Shown: one piece after another, positions 46,594-55,802 of the stretch
Numbering within the stretch: the first letter of the stretch is position 1
How the letters are laid out: every line of letters starts with the position of its first letter
IMG/VR virus record: IMGVR_UViG_3300023174_000004
Location: 1 to 62,438 of that record
Length of the DNA stretch: 62,438 nucleotides
Source of the DNA: a virus
Taxonomy: Duplodnaviria > Caudoviricetes
Reading direction: 5' to 3' (one strand)
Made by a program: the position numbers and the translations under genes
Notes under the pieces: model-generated
Database searches by the model: none
Seen by the model: only the letters and a program-made list of their open reading frames with translations
What the model was told of the DNA's origin: nothing

Positions 46594-47939
46594 TACGCCA
46601 CCTTCACAATAATGCGTGCTCGGCCATCGGCTTCAATTGCAATGACTTTTCCGACCGCTTGTTGATACTGTTCAAAAGTTGGGTTACTGACTGCTTCGCC
46701 TTTGATAGCGCCATTGTCGTTCACGGGAACAATATATTGACCAGCAATTGCGCCTGTCACATTAACGGGAACTTGACCCGCAAAAGCAATACGGTCAACA
46801 ACTTGACGAGCATCTTCTAATTCATCTCCAGCTAACCCGACTCCCCATGTATCACCGCCAACATAAGATGGGTCTGTTGATTTAACAACAAATGACACAG
46901 CGTCAGCAAATACATTAGTCAGCTTACCTTCAACATTAATACCAACAACATCACCTTTGGCAATAGTAAAGTCGTCAGCCTTGGTCATGTATTCAGCATA
47001 GTCTGCGCCTGATGCGTTTACAGTTCCTGCGGCATTGATTGAGCGACCAGTTCCAGTATTTTTACCAATTATTTGAACAGTATTTGCCCCGTTCCAACCT
47101 TGGTTGTCTGCCGTAGCCCATGCAACAGATGTATATGCGCCGCTGTTTTCACCTTGAAAAGCAATAATTCTTGAAGCAACAGCAGCATTTTTATAAATTA
47201 TGTGGTTAGACCCACTCGTAGTCCCCACCAGCAAGTTACCACTAGCATCAAGCGTCATTGCTTGAGTCCAAGTAATAGCCGTTCCTATTGAAGAAACGCC
47301 GCCTTGTGGAGCGTTGTAAAAAGCATGTTGTCCATCACGCTGTGCATACTGCGTTGCATACTGGCTGTTTGCTGAATATTTCCAACCAGAATTGTAATAA
47401 GCATTGGTCATCAAAATTGTTTCGTTGGTAGCATTACCCCAAATGCCATGACCAACATATCCAACTTCAATTGCTTTACCCAAACTCCAAGCACTAGGCG
47501 TAACACCCAATCCCAAGTTACCGCTGGAGTCAAGGGTCATTAAATCCACTGAATCCGCAGGGTCTGTGAATTTCAATCCAGACGATGTTGACCCCATCTT
47601 GATGTAGCTGTAAGGCACACCCGCACTGTATCTACCAATTTGAAATTTTGAGGATGAATCTGGTGTAATGCTTATGCCACCAGCAACAGTAAGTTTTCCA
47701 TAAGTTGCAGAGACAGTGCCTGTATTTACAGTTAAATTTGTGCCATCCCAAGTCAGAGAACTGCCCGATGTTGGCTGACCGCTGGAATTAATATAAGCCA
47801 CACCGTTGGCAGTTACAGAGGCCAAAGATGCCATCGTCCCCGATGTGGACGGCAAGGTCACAGTCACAGTACCAGCCACTGCTGGTGCGCTCAGAGTCAC
47901 TGCCCCTGATGTATCGCCTGAAACAACAATTGAACTCAT
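46593..47939 (-). CDS. Tail fibre/spike with autoproteolytic chaperone (peptidase G2-like)
   Basis: DSSGNL repeats; NASGADYAEY, RIAFAGQVPVNV. Confidence 0.75.
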   Translation of the reverse strand: MSSIVVSGDTSGAVTLSAPAVAGTVTVTLPSTSGTMASLASVTANGVAYINSSGQPTSGSSLTWDGTNLTVNTGTVSATYGKLTVAGGISITPDSSSKFQIGRYSAGVPYSYIKMGSTSSGLKFTDPADSVDLMTLDSSGNLGLGVTPSAWSLGKAIEVGYVGHGIWGNATNETILMTNAYYNSGWKYSANSQYATQYAQRDGQHAFYNAPQGGVSSIGTAITWTQAMTLDASGNLLVGTTSGSNHIIYKNAAVASRIIAFQGENSGAYTSVAWATADNQGWNGANTVQIIGKNTGTGRSINAAGTVNASGADYAEYMTKADDFTIAKGDVVGINVEGKLTNVFADAVSFVVKSTDPSYVGGDTWGVGLAGDELEDARQVVDRIAFAGQVPVNVTGAIAGQYIVPVNDNGAIKGEAVSNPTFEQYQQAVGKVIAIEADGRARIIVKVA

Positions 47940-47948
47940 ATTCTTTCC

Positions 47949-48851
47949 TTAAAGGACAACCCAGCGTGAGCCGCTGGAAACAGTAACTACAGCACCGCCA
48001 GAAATAGTGATCGGGCCTGCGGATGAGCCTGAATACCCAGCCGCAATTGTGTAGCTGGTAGCCACCGTCAAACTGTTCACCACAATCCCGTTGCTTGCCA
48101 CTGGCACTCTGGCTTGGAATTCACCCGTGGAGGGCTTGTACAGCAGGAAAGCGTTCCCGGTGTACAGGTTCTCTGCCGTGCCTGTCGTTGCCCCGGCAAA
48201 CACTGGGTACAAGTTGCTTGCGGTGCTGGTGTCGTTGCTAAGAGCCGATCCACCAATTGATTTCCAAGCAGGAGATGCCCCGCTGTAGCCTTCAAACTGA
48301 TTGGTCGTGCTGTTGTAGCGCATCATGCCCGTTACAGGCGAGCCGGGCTGTTGCCCAGTCGTTCCCTTGCTGATCGTCAATGCACCCGTGGAGGTGAAGC
48401 TGGAGTCAGCCGTTGCTGTCAGGGTGGTAAACGATACCGCCCCGTTGGTGTTGCTGATCTTGATGAAGTCAGTGCCGTTCCACGCACAGACTGCGTATTC
48501 ATTGGCAACGATGGTGACCCCGGTGGTTGGGCCTACGCCCACCAGCTTGATGCTCTGGGTGCTACCGGTCTTGTTGATGACGATGTATATCTTGGATTGA
48601 GCCGGGGCCGTGATGGTGCGGGTAGCTGTCCCGCTGGCCGTCCACAGAAGAACAGCTTGCCGTGATGTGTTGGCAGCAAGGGTTGTAGTGGTGAGCGTTA
48701 CATCCGCATCAGAGGTGATGGTGGTTGTGCCTGCAATAGCCGTGTCCAACAGCGCCGTGATGCTGTTGTTGACCGTGTCGCCCCATGTGCCACTTAGCTC
48801 TCCCGTGACCGGAAGGGCCAAACCCAATAGTGATGTTGCTGCTGTTGCCAT
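47949..48851 (-). CDS. Proximal tail fibre / virion structural protein
   Basis: GELSGTWG, GMMRYNSTTNQFEGY, AGPITISGGAVVTVSSGSRWVVL. Confidence 0.65.
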   Translation of the reverse strand: MATAATSLLGLALPVTGELSGTWGDTVNNSITALLDTAIAGTTTITSDADVTLTTTTLAANTSRQAVLLWTASGTATRTITAPAQSKIYIVINKTGSTQSIKLVGVGPTTGVTIVANEYAVCAWNGTDFIKISNTNGAVSFTTLTATADSSFTSTGALTISKGTTGQQPGSPVTGMMRYNSTTNQFEGYSGASPAWKSIGGSALSNDTSTASNLYPVFAGATTGTAENLYTGNAFLLYKPSTGEFQARVPVASNGIVVNSLTVATSYTIAAGYSGSSAGPITISGGAVVTVSSGSRWVVL

Positions 48852-48860
48852 GTTTAAACC

Positions 48861-49688
48861 TCAAGTTACGACTTCTGCCCAAGCTGGAGTCTGTACATCT
48901 GATACATCTCCCCAGCCCGGTGTCTGCGGGTTGTTGATATTTTGCCACGAAGGTATCTGCGTGTCATCTATGATCTTCCAGTAGACGGCAATCACACTGC
49001 CCACCGATCCTGTTGCGTTTACACCTGTCAGGGCAAATGTCCTTGCCGCCATCGACATGGTTCCAACTGCCGCATCTGCTGAGACACCTGTCAGGGCAAT
49101 CGACACCTCTTTGACAACTGTTCCAACCGCCCCATCCGCTTGGTTACTGTTCATTGGGACAATAACCCCGCCGGGGAAGCCAGACGCAAAATTCCCGGTC
49201 AGTTCAACCTGTGCGCTCTGGACAACTGTGCCAACCGCCCCAGATGCTGAAACCCCAGTCAGGGCCGTTGCTTTGTCCCCAATAACGGTTCCAACCGCCC
49301 CAGATGCTGCATTGCCCGTCAACGCCAGAGAACGAGTCCCTACCGCCACAGTCCCGTCATCGCCGGTAGCCAAGTTGCCACTCAGGGCAATCTCTTTGCC
49401 GTGGTCAACCGTTCCAACCGCCCCAGCCGCAGTAACACCAAACAGGGCAATCTCTAGGGCTGTCCCTACACTGCCAACCTCACCAAAAGCTACATCGCCA
49501 TCCTCGCCTTCTGATGTGCTGGGAGCCATCGTCCCAACTGCACCAGAAGCTGACACGCCCGTTAGGGCAAGAATCAGTTCAGGCGAGACTGATCCAACAA
49601 AGCCATTTGCCTCATTGCCTGTTGGATATACCGTCCCTCCACCCCAAGGGCCGCTACTCCATGTACCGTCACCCCAGCCAAGAGACAT
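48861..49688 (-). CDS. Repetitive virion structural protein
   Basis: About 19-aa ALTGVSASGAVGT repeats. Confidence 0.65.
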   Translation of the reverse strand: MSLGWGDGTWSSGPWGGGTVYPTGNEANGFVGSVSPELILALTGVSASGAVGTMAPSTSEGEDGDVAFGEVGSVGTALEIALFGVTAAGAVGTVDHGKEIALSGNLATGDDGTVAVGTRSLALTGNAASGAVGTVIGDKATALTGVSASGAVGTVVQSAQVELTGNFASGFPGGVIVPMNSNQADGAVGTVVKEVSIALTGVSADAAVGTMSMAARTFALTGVNATGSVGSVIAVYWKIIDDTQIPSWQNINNPQTPGWGDVSDVQTPAWAEVVT

Positions 49689-49698
49689 GAACTACCTC

Positions 49699-50175
49699 TT
49701 AGGTGGTAGCCAAGCGCAACAAAGCGGTTGATGTGGTGTTGGAGGGCATCGTCAAGGTGAAGGTTCCAGCCGTGATCGTCTGGGAGCCAAAGGTGTGGAC
49801 ACTGACCGCCTTGTTGCTTTGTGTTGAGTTATAGATTAACACCGCATCAAACGCCGTGGTCAAAGTTACCGTGGTATAGGTGATTGAAGCCGAAGGAGTG
49901 AAGAAGGCTACGCCAGCGGTTGCAGAACTATTGGTTGCCGTAGGAGGAGTTGCAGCCGTTACGGCTACCCCACCCGCTGTATACCCAGTACCTGACACTT
50001 CCCCAGTAGCGGAATATGCCGTAGTTGCGGCATTGTAAGTGGCTGAAGTTAGATACAGCGCAGCTTTAAACGTGTCAGTAGCGCTAGTGCCCCGTGTGGG
50101 AGCAGTGCCAAAGTTGTGCGTTGCTGTCAGCAACTCACCCATAAACGAAGTGGTCATTGATTGTGTGTTTGCCAT
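49699..50175 (-). CDS. Virion structural protein (paralogue of 50377-50796)
   Basis: FKAALY...LIYNST..NKAV. Confidence 0.65.
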   Translation of the reverse strand: MANTQSMTTSFMGELLTATHNFGTAPTRGTSATDTFKAALYLTSATYNAATTAYSATGEVSGTGYTAGGVAVTAATPPTATNSSATAGVAFFTPSASITYTTVTLTTAFDAVLIYNSTQSNKAVSVHTFGSQTITAGTFTLTMPSNTTSTALLRLATT

Positions 50176-50185
50176 GATGTTTCCT

Positions 50186-50380
50186 TTAACCTATTGATGC
50201 GGCTTCAGCACCGGCAAAAACCGGCATTTTCTTCAACTGGACATGGGCAGAACGATGTACAAGTTCGCCCTCCAACCAATACTCAACCCAAGTGGTCAGT
50301 TCATTGTCATTGTCCACGGTTCCTTCCCGCTTCTCAAGCAAGGAATCATCCATATCGCCTTTGGTGGTTGTGACTATCAA
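50186..50380 (-). CDS. Hypothetical protein
   Basis: WVEYWLEGELVHRSAHV. Confidence 0.65.
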   Translation of the reverse strand: MIVTTTKGDMDDSLLEKREGTVDNDNELTTWVEYWLEGELVHRSAHVQLKKMPVFAGAEAASIG

Positions 50381-50796
50381 TTTGAACTCCTGATCAATGC
50401 TGTAGTTGATGTGTTGGCTGGCATTGTGATTAAAAACGTGGTGGTTGATGTTTTGTCAGACCCAAAGTCCAGCACGGCTACCGATTTATTGCCCTGGGTC
50501 GAGTTGTAGATCAAGGCGCATCGGGCCGTCAGGGCCGCTGTCCACGATACATTGTCAAACCCTACATAGGCCGTATAGCCAGATGTGCTGACCGTGATGC
50601 CGGTCATTGTTGCTCCACCAGCCACATAAGTGCCTGTAGCCGCCACTTCAGCGGTTGAGGTATACACCGTGGTGTCCTCGTTTAGATTGGCATTGCCTGT
50701 GTACAGAGCAATCTTGATCACATCCGTGGTCAAGTCATGGATGCCCTGATAAAGCTGAGCCTTGAAGCTGGTGGTTTGGGTTTGGACAATACTCAC
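50377..50796 (-). CDS. Virion structural protein
   Basis: TSFK..L...IKIALYT...ALIYNST..NKSVAVLDFGSDKTS. Confidence 0.7.
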   Translation of the reverse strand: MSIVQTQTTSFKAQLYQGIHDLTTDVIKIALYTGNANLNEDTTVYTSTAEVAATGTYVAGGATMTGITVSTSGYTAYVGFDNVSWTAALTARCALIYNSTQGNKSVAVLDFGSDKTSTTTFLITMPANTSTTALIRSSN

Positions 50797-51452
50797 GATA
50801 CAGAAACCCTAACTTGCCCGTCACGATAAGCATCCATACGCTGTTTGCCGTCACCCAAGTTTTTGAGCAGAGCAATCGCCTGGACATACCGTTGATTGAC
50901 CAATGCAACCATGTCTGGCTCACCCTTCATGTAGGTGTAAGCCTCGCACAGAGTTCCGTACAGCAGCGCAGAATCAAAGTTATCCCCCAACCATGTGGTC
51001 AAGGCGGTCACAATAGACTCTGGGTAGTAGTAGTAATGCAGTTCAGCGCCATAGGCGGTGTTTGGTGTTGGGCCAACAATGAACGACAACTCGTTCACAT
51101 TGGTAGACTGAGGGCCAAAAATGGCGTAATGCTTGGGTGTACCCGTTGTGGCGGGGTTGGGATACGCATCCCGCATGAAGTTCACATCTTTGTTGAGCAA
51201 GTAGATGTAGCTCCCCCCGCCGCTTGGATAGATAGCCAGCGAATACACAGACAAGAAATCATCTGGACACGCCAAATACTTATTACTAGCCGTGAGCGTT
51301 CCTGTCACATTCTTGCGAAGGTTTGCAATCTGGACAGTGTTGTAGATACGCTGCTCCGCCTGCTTGATCATTGTGTTCATGTCCGTTGTGTTGAACGTGT
51401 TTTCACAATAATCGCTGACAGCGACTACAAGCTGGGCATAAGTCAGTGCCAT
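50793..51452 (-). CDS. Putative head-tail adaptor
   Basis: IKQAEQRI, GPTP, LLYGTLCEAYTYMKG. Confidence 0.65.
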   Translation of the reverse strand: MALTYAQLVVAVSDYCENTFNTTDMNTMIKQAEQRIYNTVQIANLRKNVTGTLTASNKYLACPDDFLSVYSLAIYPSGGGSYIYLLNKDVNFMRDAYPNPATTGTPKHYAIFGPQSTNVNELSFIVGPTPNTAYGAELHYYYYPESIVTALTTWLGDNFDSALLYGTLCEAYTYMKGEPDMVALVNQRYVQAIALLKNLGDGKQRMDAYRDGQVRVSVS

Positions 51453-51459
51453 GGTTATA

Positions 51460-51711
51460 TCAACCCATTGGGCCTCGTGACATCACACCTTTGGTGGCCG
51501 CGCCAGTACCACGCATCTTGATACCGCTGGTTTTGACTTCGTCATTGATGCCAATGCTCACGCCGTCCATGGGAGTCCAATCAGCTTTGCGGCTGATGGG
51601 GTTTTTGGGGCGCATAGGTACACCGGGTTTGCCGTCCATGGTGTGCGGTTGAGCATAGACGCTGGCAGAACCAACCTCTTTACCCATCATCTTTTTGCTG
51701 AATTTACCCAT
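51460..51711 (-). CDS. Small basic virion-associated protein
   Basis: RGTGAATKG C-terminus. Confidence 0.55.
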   Translation of the reverse strand: MGKFSKKMMGKEVGSASVYAQPHTMDGKPGVPMRPKNPISRKADWTPMDGVSIGINDEVKTSGIKMRGTGAATKGVMSRGPMG

Positions 51712-51902
51712 TACTTGCTCCCAGATTTCTGGTTCATTGCGCGAGAAAGATTCTTCCCGTATGTTTTACGGTCCATGCTGGTGGGCCCACCTTTTTTAAG
51801 TTTCAAGGCAGTGCCCTTGCCACCCTTGTGTTTTTGGGCGTCGTGCTGTGAAAAGGCTTTTTTAATCATAGCCTTGTCTTGTGCCATATCTTTCTTGTCC
51901 AT
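51711..51902 (-). CDS. Small basic protein
   Basis: K-rich, LKKGG motif; GGAG RBS. Confidence 0.55.
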   Translation of the reverse strand: MDKKDMAQDKAMIKKAFSQHDAQKHKGGKGTALKLKKGGPTSMDRKTYGKNLSRAMNQKSGSK

Positions 51903-51910
51903 GTTCGCTC

Positions 51911-52300
51911 CTAAGTTACGCTTACCGTTACTGTACCAACACTTGCCGTTGCCACCAAGTAGTTTGGCGTTAAATCTACATCAAAGAAGCTAGACCCACC
52001 CACCGGCCTCCAGCCCCACTGAATATCTCTTGACCCACCAGATGGAAACCCACCCACGTTAATACCCGAAGTCACATAAGTCGTATCCGGACGGGGTTGA
52101 CGAACCGCTTGAGGATCATCCACCGGATACATACCCAACTGTAACTGCGGTTGGTCTGGGTCCCAGCACTCTGGGCACACCTTGATCTGGAACAGCTTGG
52201 TCTTAATGACCTCGTTTTTAAGCTGCTTGAGTTTAAAACGCTGCCCGCACCGATCGCACTCGGCAATTGAAAACTTGCCAGAGGAGAACCGATTACCCAT
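51911..52300 (-). CDS. Zn-ribbon protein
   Basis: CDRCG...VCPECWDPDQPQL. Confidence 0.7.
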   Translation of the reverse strand: MGNRFSSGKFSIAECDRCGQRFKLKQLKNEVIKTKLFQIKVCPECWDPDQPQLQLGMYPVDDPQAVRQPRPDTTYVTSGINVGGFPSGGSRDIQWGWRPVGGSSFFDVDLTPNYLVATASVGTVTVSVT

Positions 52301-53232
52301 TACGGAGTACTCCCCCCGATGAAGGACTGCCTGGGCACTAAGCGGATCGCGGCTTTCTCATGGTCTTCACCTGCGGCAAGGTTGAACTGCTCGTCATAGA
52401 CCGCTTTGAGCATGTCCATGCGCCCTTGTAGTTCAGGAACCTTCATTGCAATGTAGTACGCCAAGCCCGCCACAACGCACGGCAGGAAGCGGAAATTCAT
52501 GTCCGCAGTCTCCACACCAGCACCAGCGTCTTGAACTCGACGCATGCGGTAATAGACAAACTCGTATGAGGTAGACCCATCAGGGGTTGGCCACACAGTC
52601 ACAGCGGGTAGCTGGGGCACATAGACGGCTGTTGAGGCGGTGTGAGCCGCTGCCGTAGTGTTGTTTTGCCCGCGAAACACACTGTTCAAAGTGTTCCCGT
52701 CAATGTAGCCGTAGTACATGGTCTCATTGTCCAGCTTGATGTAGCCAGATGATGCCAGTCCCACAGTCGAACTTAGAGTAAGTGTGGTGGCTGTGCTGGT
52801 AATGGTGCTCGCCAAAGTCAAAGTGGTCGTGCTGGTCTCACCAGACAGACGTTGAATCCAGACCTGAATAGGCCGGGCTTGGGTTAATTTGTTGGGGATT
52901 GTGGCGTAGGTAGAAACACTAATACGCGTGATGGACAAGTCAGCTTGAGTGGTGGCGCTGTTGCCGCCCGTGCGGATCACATGATCCAGCAGGTCAATCG
53001 TATCCAACGGCAGCGGGTACGTGTTCAACCCCTGCACCAGCGGGAAAGACCCAGCCTCAATCGTCCACATGTTTAGACCACGGTTGGCCCACTCAATGGT
53101 CATCAGGTTCATAGACCTGCGTGCAGTACGCAGATCGTAACCAGAGCGCATCTCACGGCCAGCCCTCTCCCACGCTTCCTCGGCAATCTCCGTGAAGTCA
53201 GGGTTAAACGCTGTGGAGCCGGTTGTGGTCAT
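52300..53232 (-). CDS. Tail tubular/adaptor-like protein with a beta-rich insertion
   Basis: EEAWERAG..GYDLRTARRSMNLM..EWANRGLNMW; WPTPD; RFLPCVVAGLAYY. Confidence 0.65.
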   Translation of the reverse strand: MTTTGSTAFNPDFTEIAEEAWERAGREMRSGYDLRTARRSMNLMTIEWANRGLNMWTIEAGSFPLVQGLNTYPLPLDTIDLLDHVIRTGGNSATTQADLSITRISVSTYATIPNKLTQARPIQVWIQRLSGETSTTTLTLASTITSTATTLTLSSTVGLASSGYIKLDNETMYYGYIDGNTLNSVFRGQNNTTAAAHTASTAVYVPQLPAVTVWPTPDGSTSYEFVYYRMRRVQDAGAGVETADMNFRFLPCVVAGLAYYIAMKVPELQGRMDMLKAVYDEQFNLAAGEDHEKAAIRLVPRQSFIGGSTP

Positions 53233-53462
53233 CTAAATCCTGCCGTTTTCTTTGCAATGTTTTTGGGCTGCGCCACAAACTGTTTACCTGCCGCCTTACC
53301 CGCACGTTTGGCTTTGGTGGTTGCTGCGTACTCCGAAGAAGACAAAGACTTGATTGCTGCTTCAGGTAAGTATCTCTCACCTGTTTTTGACGAGGGCTTC
53401 CCCGACTTGGTACGCCATTTCTGGTCACCCCAGTTTTTAAGGGAAGTCTGCGGTGCTTTCAA
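53229..53462 (-). CDS. Small basic conserved phage protein
   Basis: QKWRTKSGKPS.KTGERYLP. Confidence 0.65.
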   Translation of the reverse strand: MKAPQTSLKNWGDQKWRTKSGKPSSKTGERYLPEAAIKSLSSSEYAATTKAKRAGKAAGKQFVAQPKNIAKKTAGFR

Positions 53463-53734
53463 TCTTTGTATCCCCCACCAGCAGCTTTGTACTTCTTAGC
53501 CACAAGTTGTGCCTTACGGGCTGACCACTGACCCGCGCCTGTTCCCTGTGTAGCCGCAGCTTTTACCTGAGACACAATCCGTTTACGCATGCCCGGCTTA
53601 GTGTAGTTTCCAGCCGCATTCACCGTTCCGCCTTCAGCGTACTCAGTAAAGTTAGTGTCATCCCGACGGGCCTTCTTAACGCCTTTGGGCATCTTGGACG
53701 GGTTCATGGCCCCCATGCCGCGACTAGCAATCAT
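53459..53734 (-). CDS. Small basic conserved phage protein
   Basis: GQWSARKAQL..KKYKAAGGGY. Confidence 0.65.
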   Translation of the reverse strand: MIASRGMGAMNPSKMPKGVKKARRDDTNFTEYAEGGTVNAAGNYTKPGMRKRIVSQVKAAATQGTGAGQWSARKAQLVAKKYKAAGGGYKD

Positions 53735-54177
53735 ACAAACTTCCCACGGGTTTTACCCTTGGTAGCAATGCCATCTGCACGTTTGGAAGCAGTCATGCCG
53801 CCTTTGGCGTACTTCTGCTCTGGCCTTTCCTTGGTGTACTTTTCTTCTTCCCGCATCTGTCTAGCGGCTTCCCGCGCTTTTTCAGTGCCAGACTTTTCTT
53901 TTTCTTGCCCTTGCCCACGAGAAACCTCACGGGTCAATTCATTCAAATCTTCGTTACTTCTAGGCTTGCGTCCTGTCACAGCAGTTCGAGCAAGGTCCGC
54001 TATTATTGTCGGCCCCATAGCAGCCAAGCCCAATCCAGTAGCAATTGCTCTGCCCGGTTCGTTTTCAATTTTGTCTATCCGTGAACCCACAGTATCAACA
54101 AACTTTTTTGTAACCGGCATGTTTTGCTCATCGTTTATGTCCCGTGCTATTTGCCGTGCGGTTTTTCTATCAGCCAT
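53731..54177 (-). CDS. Hypothetical virion-associated protein
   Basis: C-terminal YAKGG..ASKRADGIATKGKTRG. Confidence 0.6.
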   Translation of the reverse strand: MADRKTARQIARDINDEQNMPVTKKFVDTVGSRIDKIENEPGRAIATGLGLAAMGPTIIADLARTAVTGRKPRSNEDLNELTREVSRGQGQEKEKSGTEKAREAARQMREEEKYTKERPEQKYAKGGMTASKRADGIATKGKTRGKFV

Positions 54178-54188
54178 GATTTACCCCT

Positions 54189-54620
54189 TTAGCAGGCGCG
54201 ACCGCCCTTAGCCATCATCTTGCCTTTGGTCTTGCCTTTTTGAGCAATACCATCAGCGCGACTAGATGCAGAGCCACCTTTGGCGTAGGCCATGCCGCCG
54301 CCCATCATCTTTTTAGCCATGCCGCCGTGTTTCATTTTGCCTTCGCCATCAGCAGCAAAAGCTGGCATTTTCTTGCCGTCTTTCATAACCATGGGCATAC
54401 CGCCACTGGCCATCTTTGTAGATTTTTTCTTGGCCATCATGGCCATCATGCCGGGGTTCATTTTGCCTGCCATATCACCACCTCTTCTAAAAGTTTTGCC
54501 TTTATCGGCGTTGCTGAACTCTTTTCCCACGGACTGTGGGACTCCTACTTTCTTGGCAAACGATGGGTTGTGGGCCACCGCCTCCATGAACCTGTGCTGC
54601 TTACCCGATGAGCTAGGCAT
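54189..54620 (-). CDS. Met/Lys/Gly-rich protein
   Basis: Repeated MxxGG; ASSRADGIAQKGKTKG. Confidence 0.6.
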   Translation of the reverse strand: MPSSSGKQHRFMEAVAHNPSFAKKVGVPQSVGKEFSNADKGKTFRRGGDMAGKMNPGMMAMMAKKKSTKMASGGMPMVMKDGKKMPAFAADGEGKMKHGGMAKKMMGGGMAYAKGGSASSRADGIAQKGKTKGKMMAKGGRAC

Positions 54621-55288
54621 TAGTACATCCGACCTTTGGTCCTACCACGCTGGGCAATACCATCAGCACGAGATGATGCGGAGGAGACTCCACCGCCACG
54701 CTTGTACCCAATTGCTCCACCCGAAGTATCAGCTTCAGACATACCTTTTTTGGGTTCTTTAAATTTACTGGCTTTCTTGGGTCCAGCCATCCACATCAGG
54801 GGGTTGGTAACTTCTTCACGACCTTTAGCGGCGACTTCCGAAGCTTGTTTAGCCACTGTTTCCATCGGCTTCTTAGCATCTCGGGCAGCTTTCAGTGCTT
54901 TGAGTGATTTAAAGGCAGCTGCTGCGCCAAGGCCAAGACCTGTGGCTCCAAGAGCAGCTTCAATGTTACGGCTGGTCTCAGTGCTACGTTCACCACCAGA
55001 AGACTCCGGAGCCTTTGCACTCTGACCAGGAATCTGACCAGCGGGCTCTTCAGCTTTAGGAGTAGCTTTAGGGGCAGGTTTAGCCGCAGGCTTGCTACGA
55101 GGCTTCGATGCTTTTGGACTCATCTCTGAGGTGTACATCTCACCTGTTTCTTTGTTGCGTTTCATCACCGGGTTATACAACTCACCCGTTTCTGGATTGC
55201 GTTTTGATTTTGACTCTGCGCCTGTCTCATCCATAACGTCAAGACCGACATCACCGCCATCATCAAATTTAAATTTGCGCTTCTTCAT
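54620..55288 (-). CDS. Hypothetical virion-associated protein
   Basis: C-terminal ASSRADGIAQRGRTKG. Confidence 0.6.
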   Translation of the reverse strand: MKKRKFKFDDGGDVGLDVMDETGAESKSKRNPETGELYNPVMKRNKETGEMYTSEMSPKASKPRSKPAAKPAPKATPKAEEPAGQIPGQSAKAPESSGGERSTETSRNIEAALGATGLGLGAAAAFKSLKALKAARDAKKPMETVAKQASEVAAKGREEVTNPLMWMAGPKKASKFKEPKKGMSEADTSGGAIGYKRGGGVSSASSRADGIAQRGRTKGRMY

Positions 55289-55297
55289 GATTGCTCC

Positions 55298-55546
55298 TTA
55301 GCTAATAGCACTGCGTTGTTCTTTCATATACAGGTCAATTTTGTTCTCTAACCTGTCCAACCTGTCCATTATTCTGTTGATATCCGTGTGCAAGTCTACC
55401 TTCGTCACGTACTCTTTGGGAAGCTCTTCCCGAGTCTTGTTCAGAAGGATTGTGATCCTTGCCAACTCTGCTGACTTCTCCCTCAGATTCCAACCTAGCA
55501 ACCCGAGCAATGTAGTCAGCAAGAGATTCCATATCATCAGTTCCAT
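55298..55546 (-). CDS. Small membrane plus coiled-coil protein
   Basis: N-terminal TM helix; LNKTREE...RLDRLENKID. Confidence 0.65.
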   Translation of the reverse strand: MELMIWNLLLTTLLGLLGWNLREKSAELARITILLNKTREELPKEYVTKVDLHTDINRIMDRLDRLENKIDLYMKEQRSAIS

Positions 55547-55547
55547 C

Positions 55548-55802
55548 TCAACACTTCCAAGCCCGAAGGCTCTTGTTAATCCGGCTGTTTGGGTCTTTGG
55601 CTGTCTTCTCGGATGTGAGCTTTTTCTTCATCCCAGTCATCCTTGCACAGAAAGAGTCGCGCCTGCTGCCGCCCTCGGGCTGCGGTGCTTTCAAGCCCGG
55701 CTTGCCGGGATTGGCTTTGTTGTAGGAAGCTCGGCCTTTGGCGTTCAAGCCGCCCTTCTCCGATTTGCCTTCTTTGCGTTGCCATGCTGGTGACTTAGCC
55801 AT
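55548..55802 (-). CDS. Small basic conserved phage protein
   Basis: GGLNAKGRASY...RRDSFCARM...SLRAWKC. Confidence 0.7.
   Translation of the reverse strand: MAKSPAWQRKEGKSEKGGLNAKGRASYNKANPGKPGLKAPQPEGGSRRDSFCARMTGMKKKLTSEKTAKDPNSRINKSLRAWKC

Noticed and set aside
44275-47939. Diversity-generating retroelement or invertase acting on the tail fibres
   Set aside because: No reverse transcriptase or recombinase ORF was seen, and there is no TR/VR pair with adenine-specific differences.
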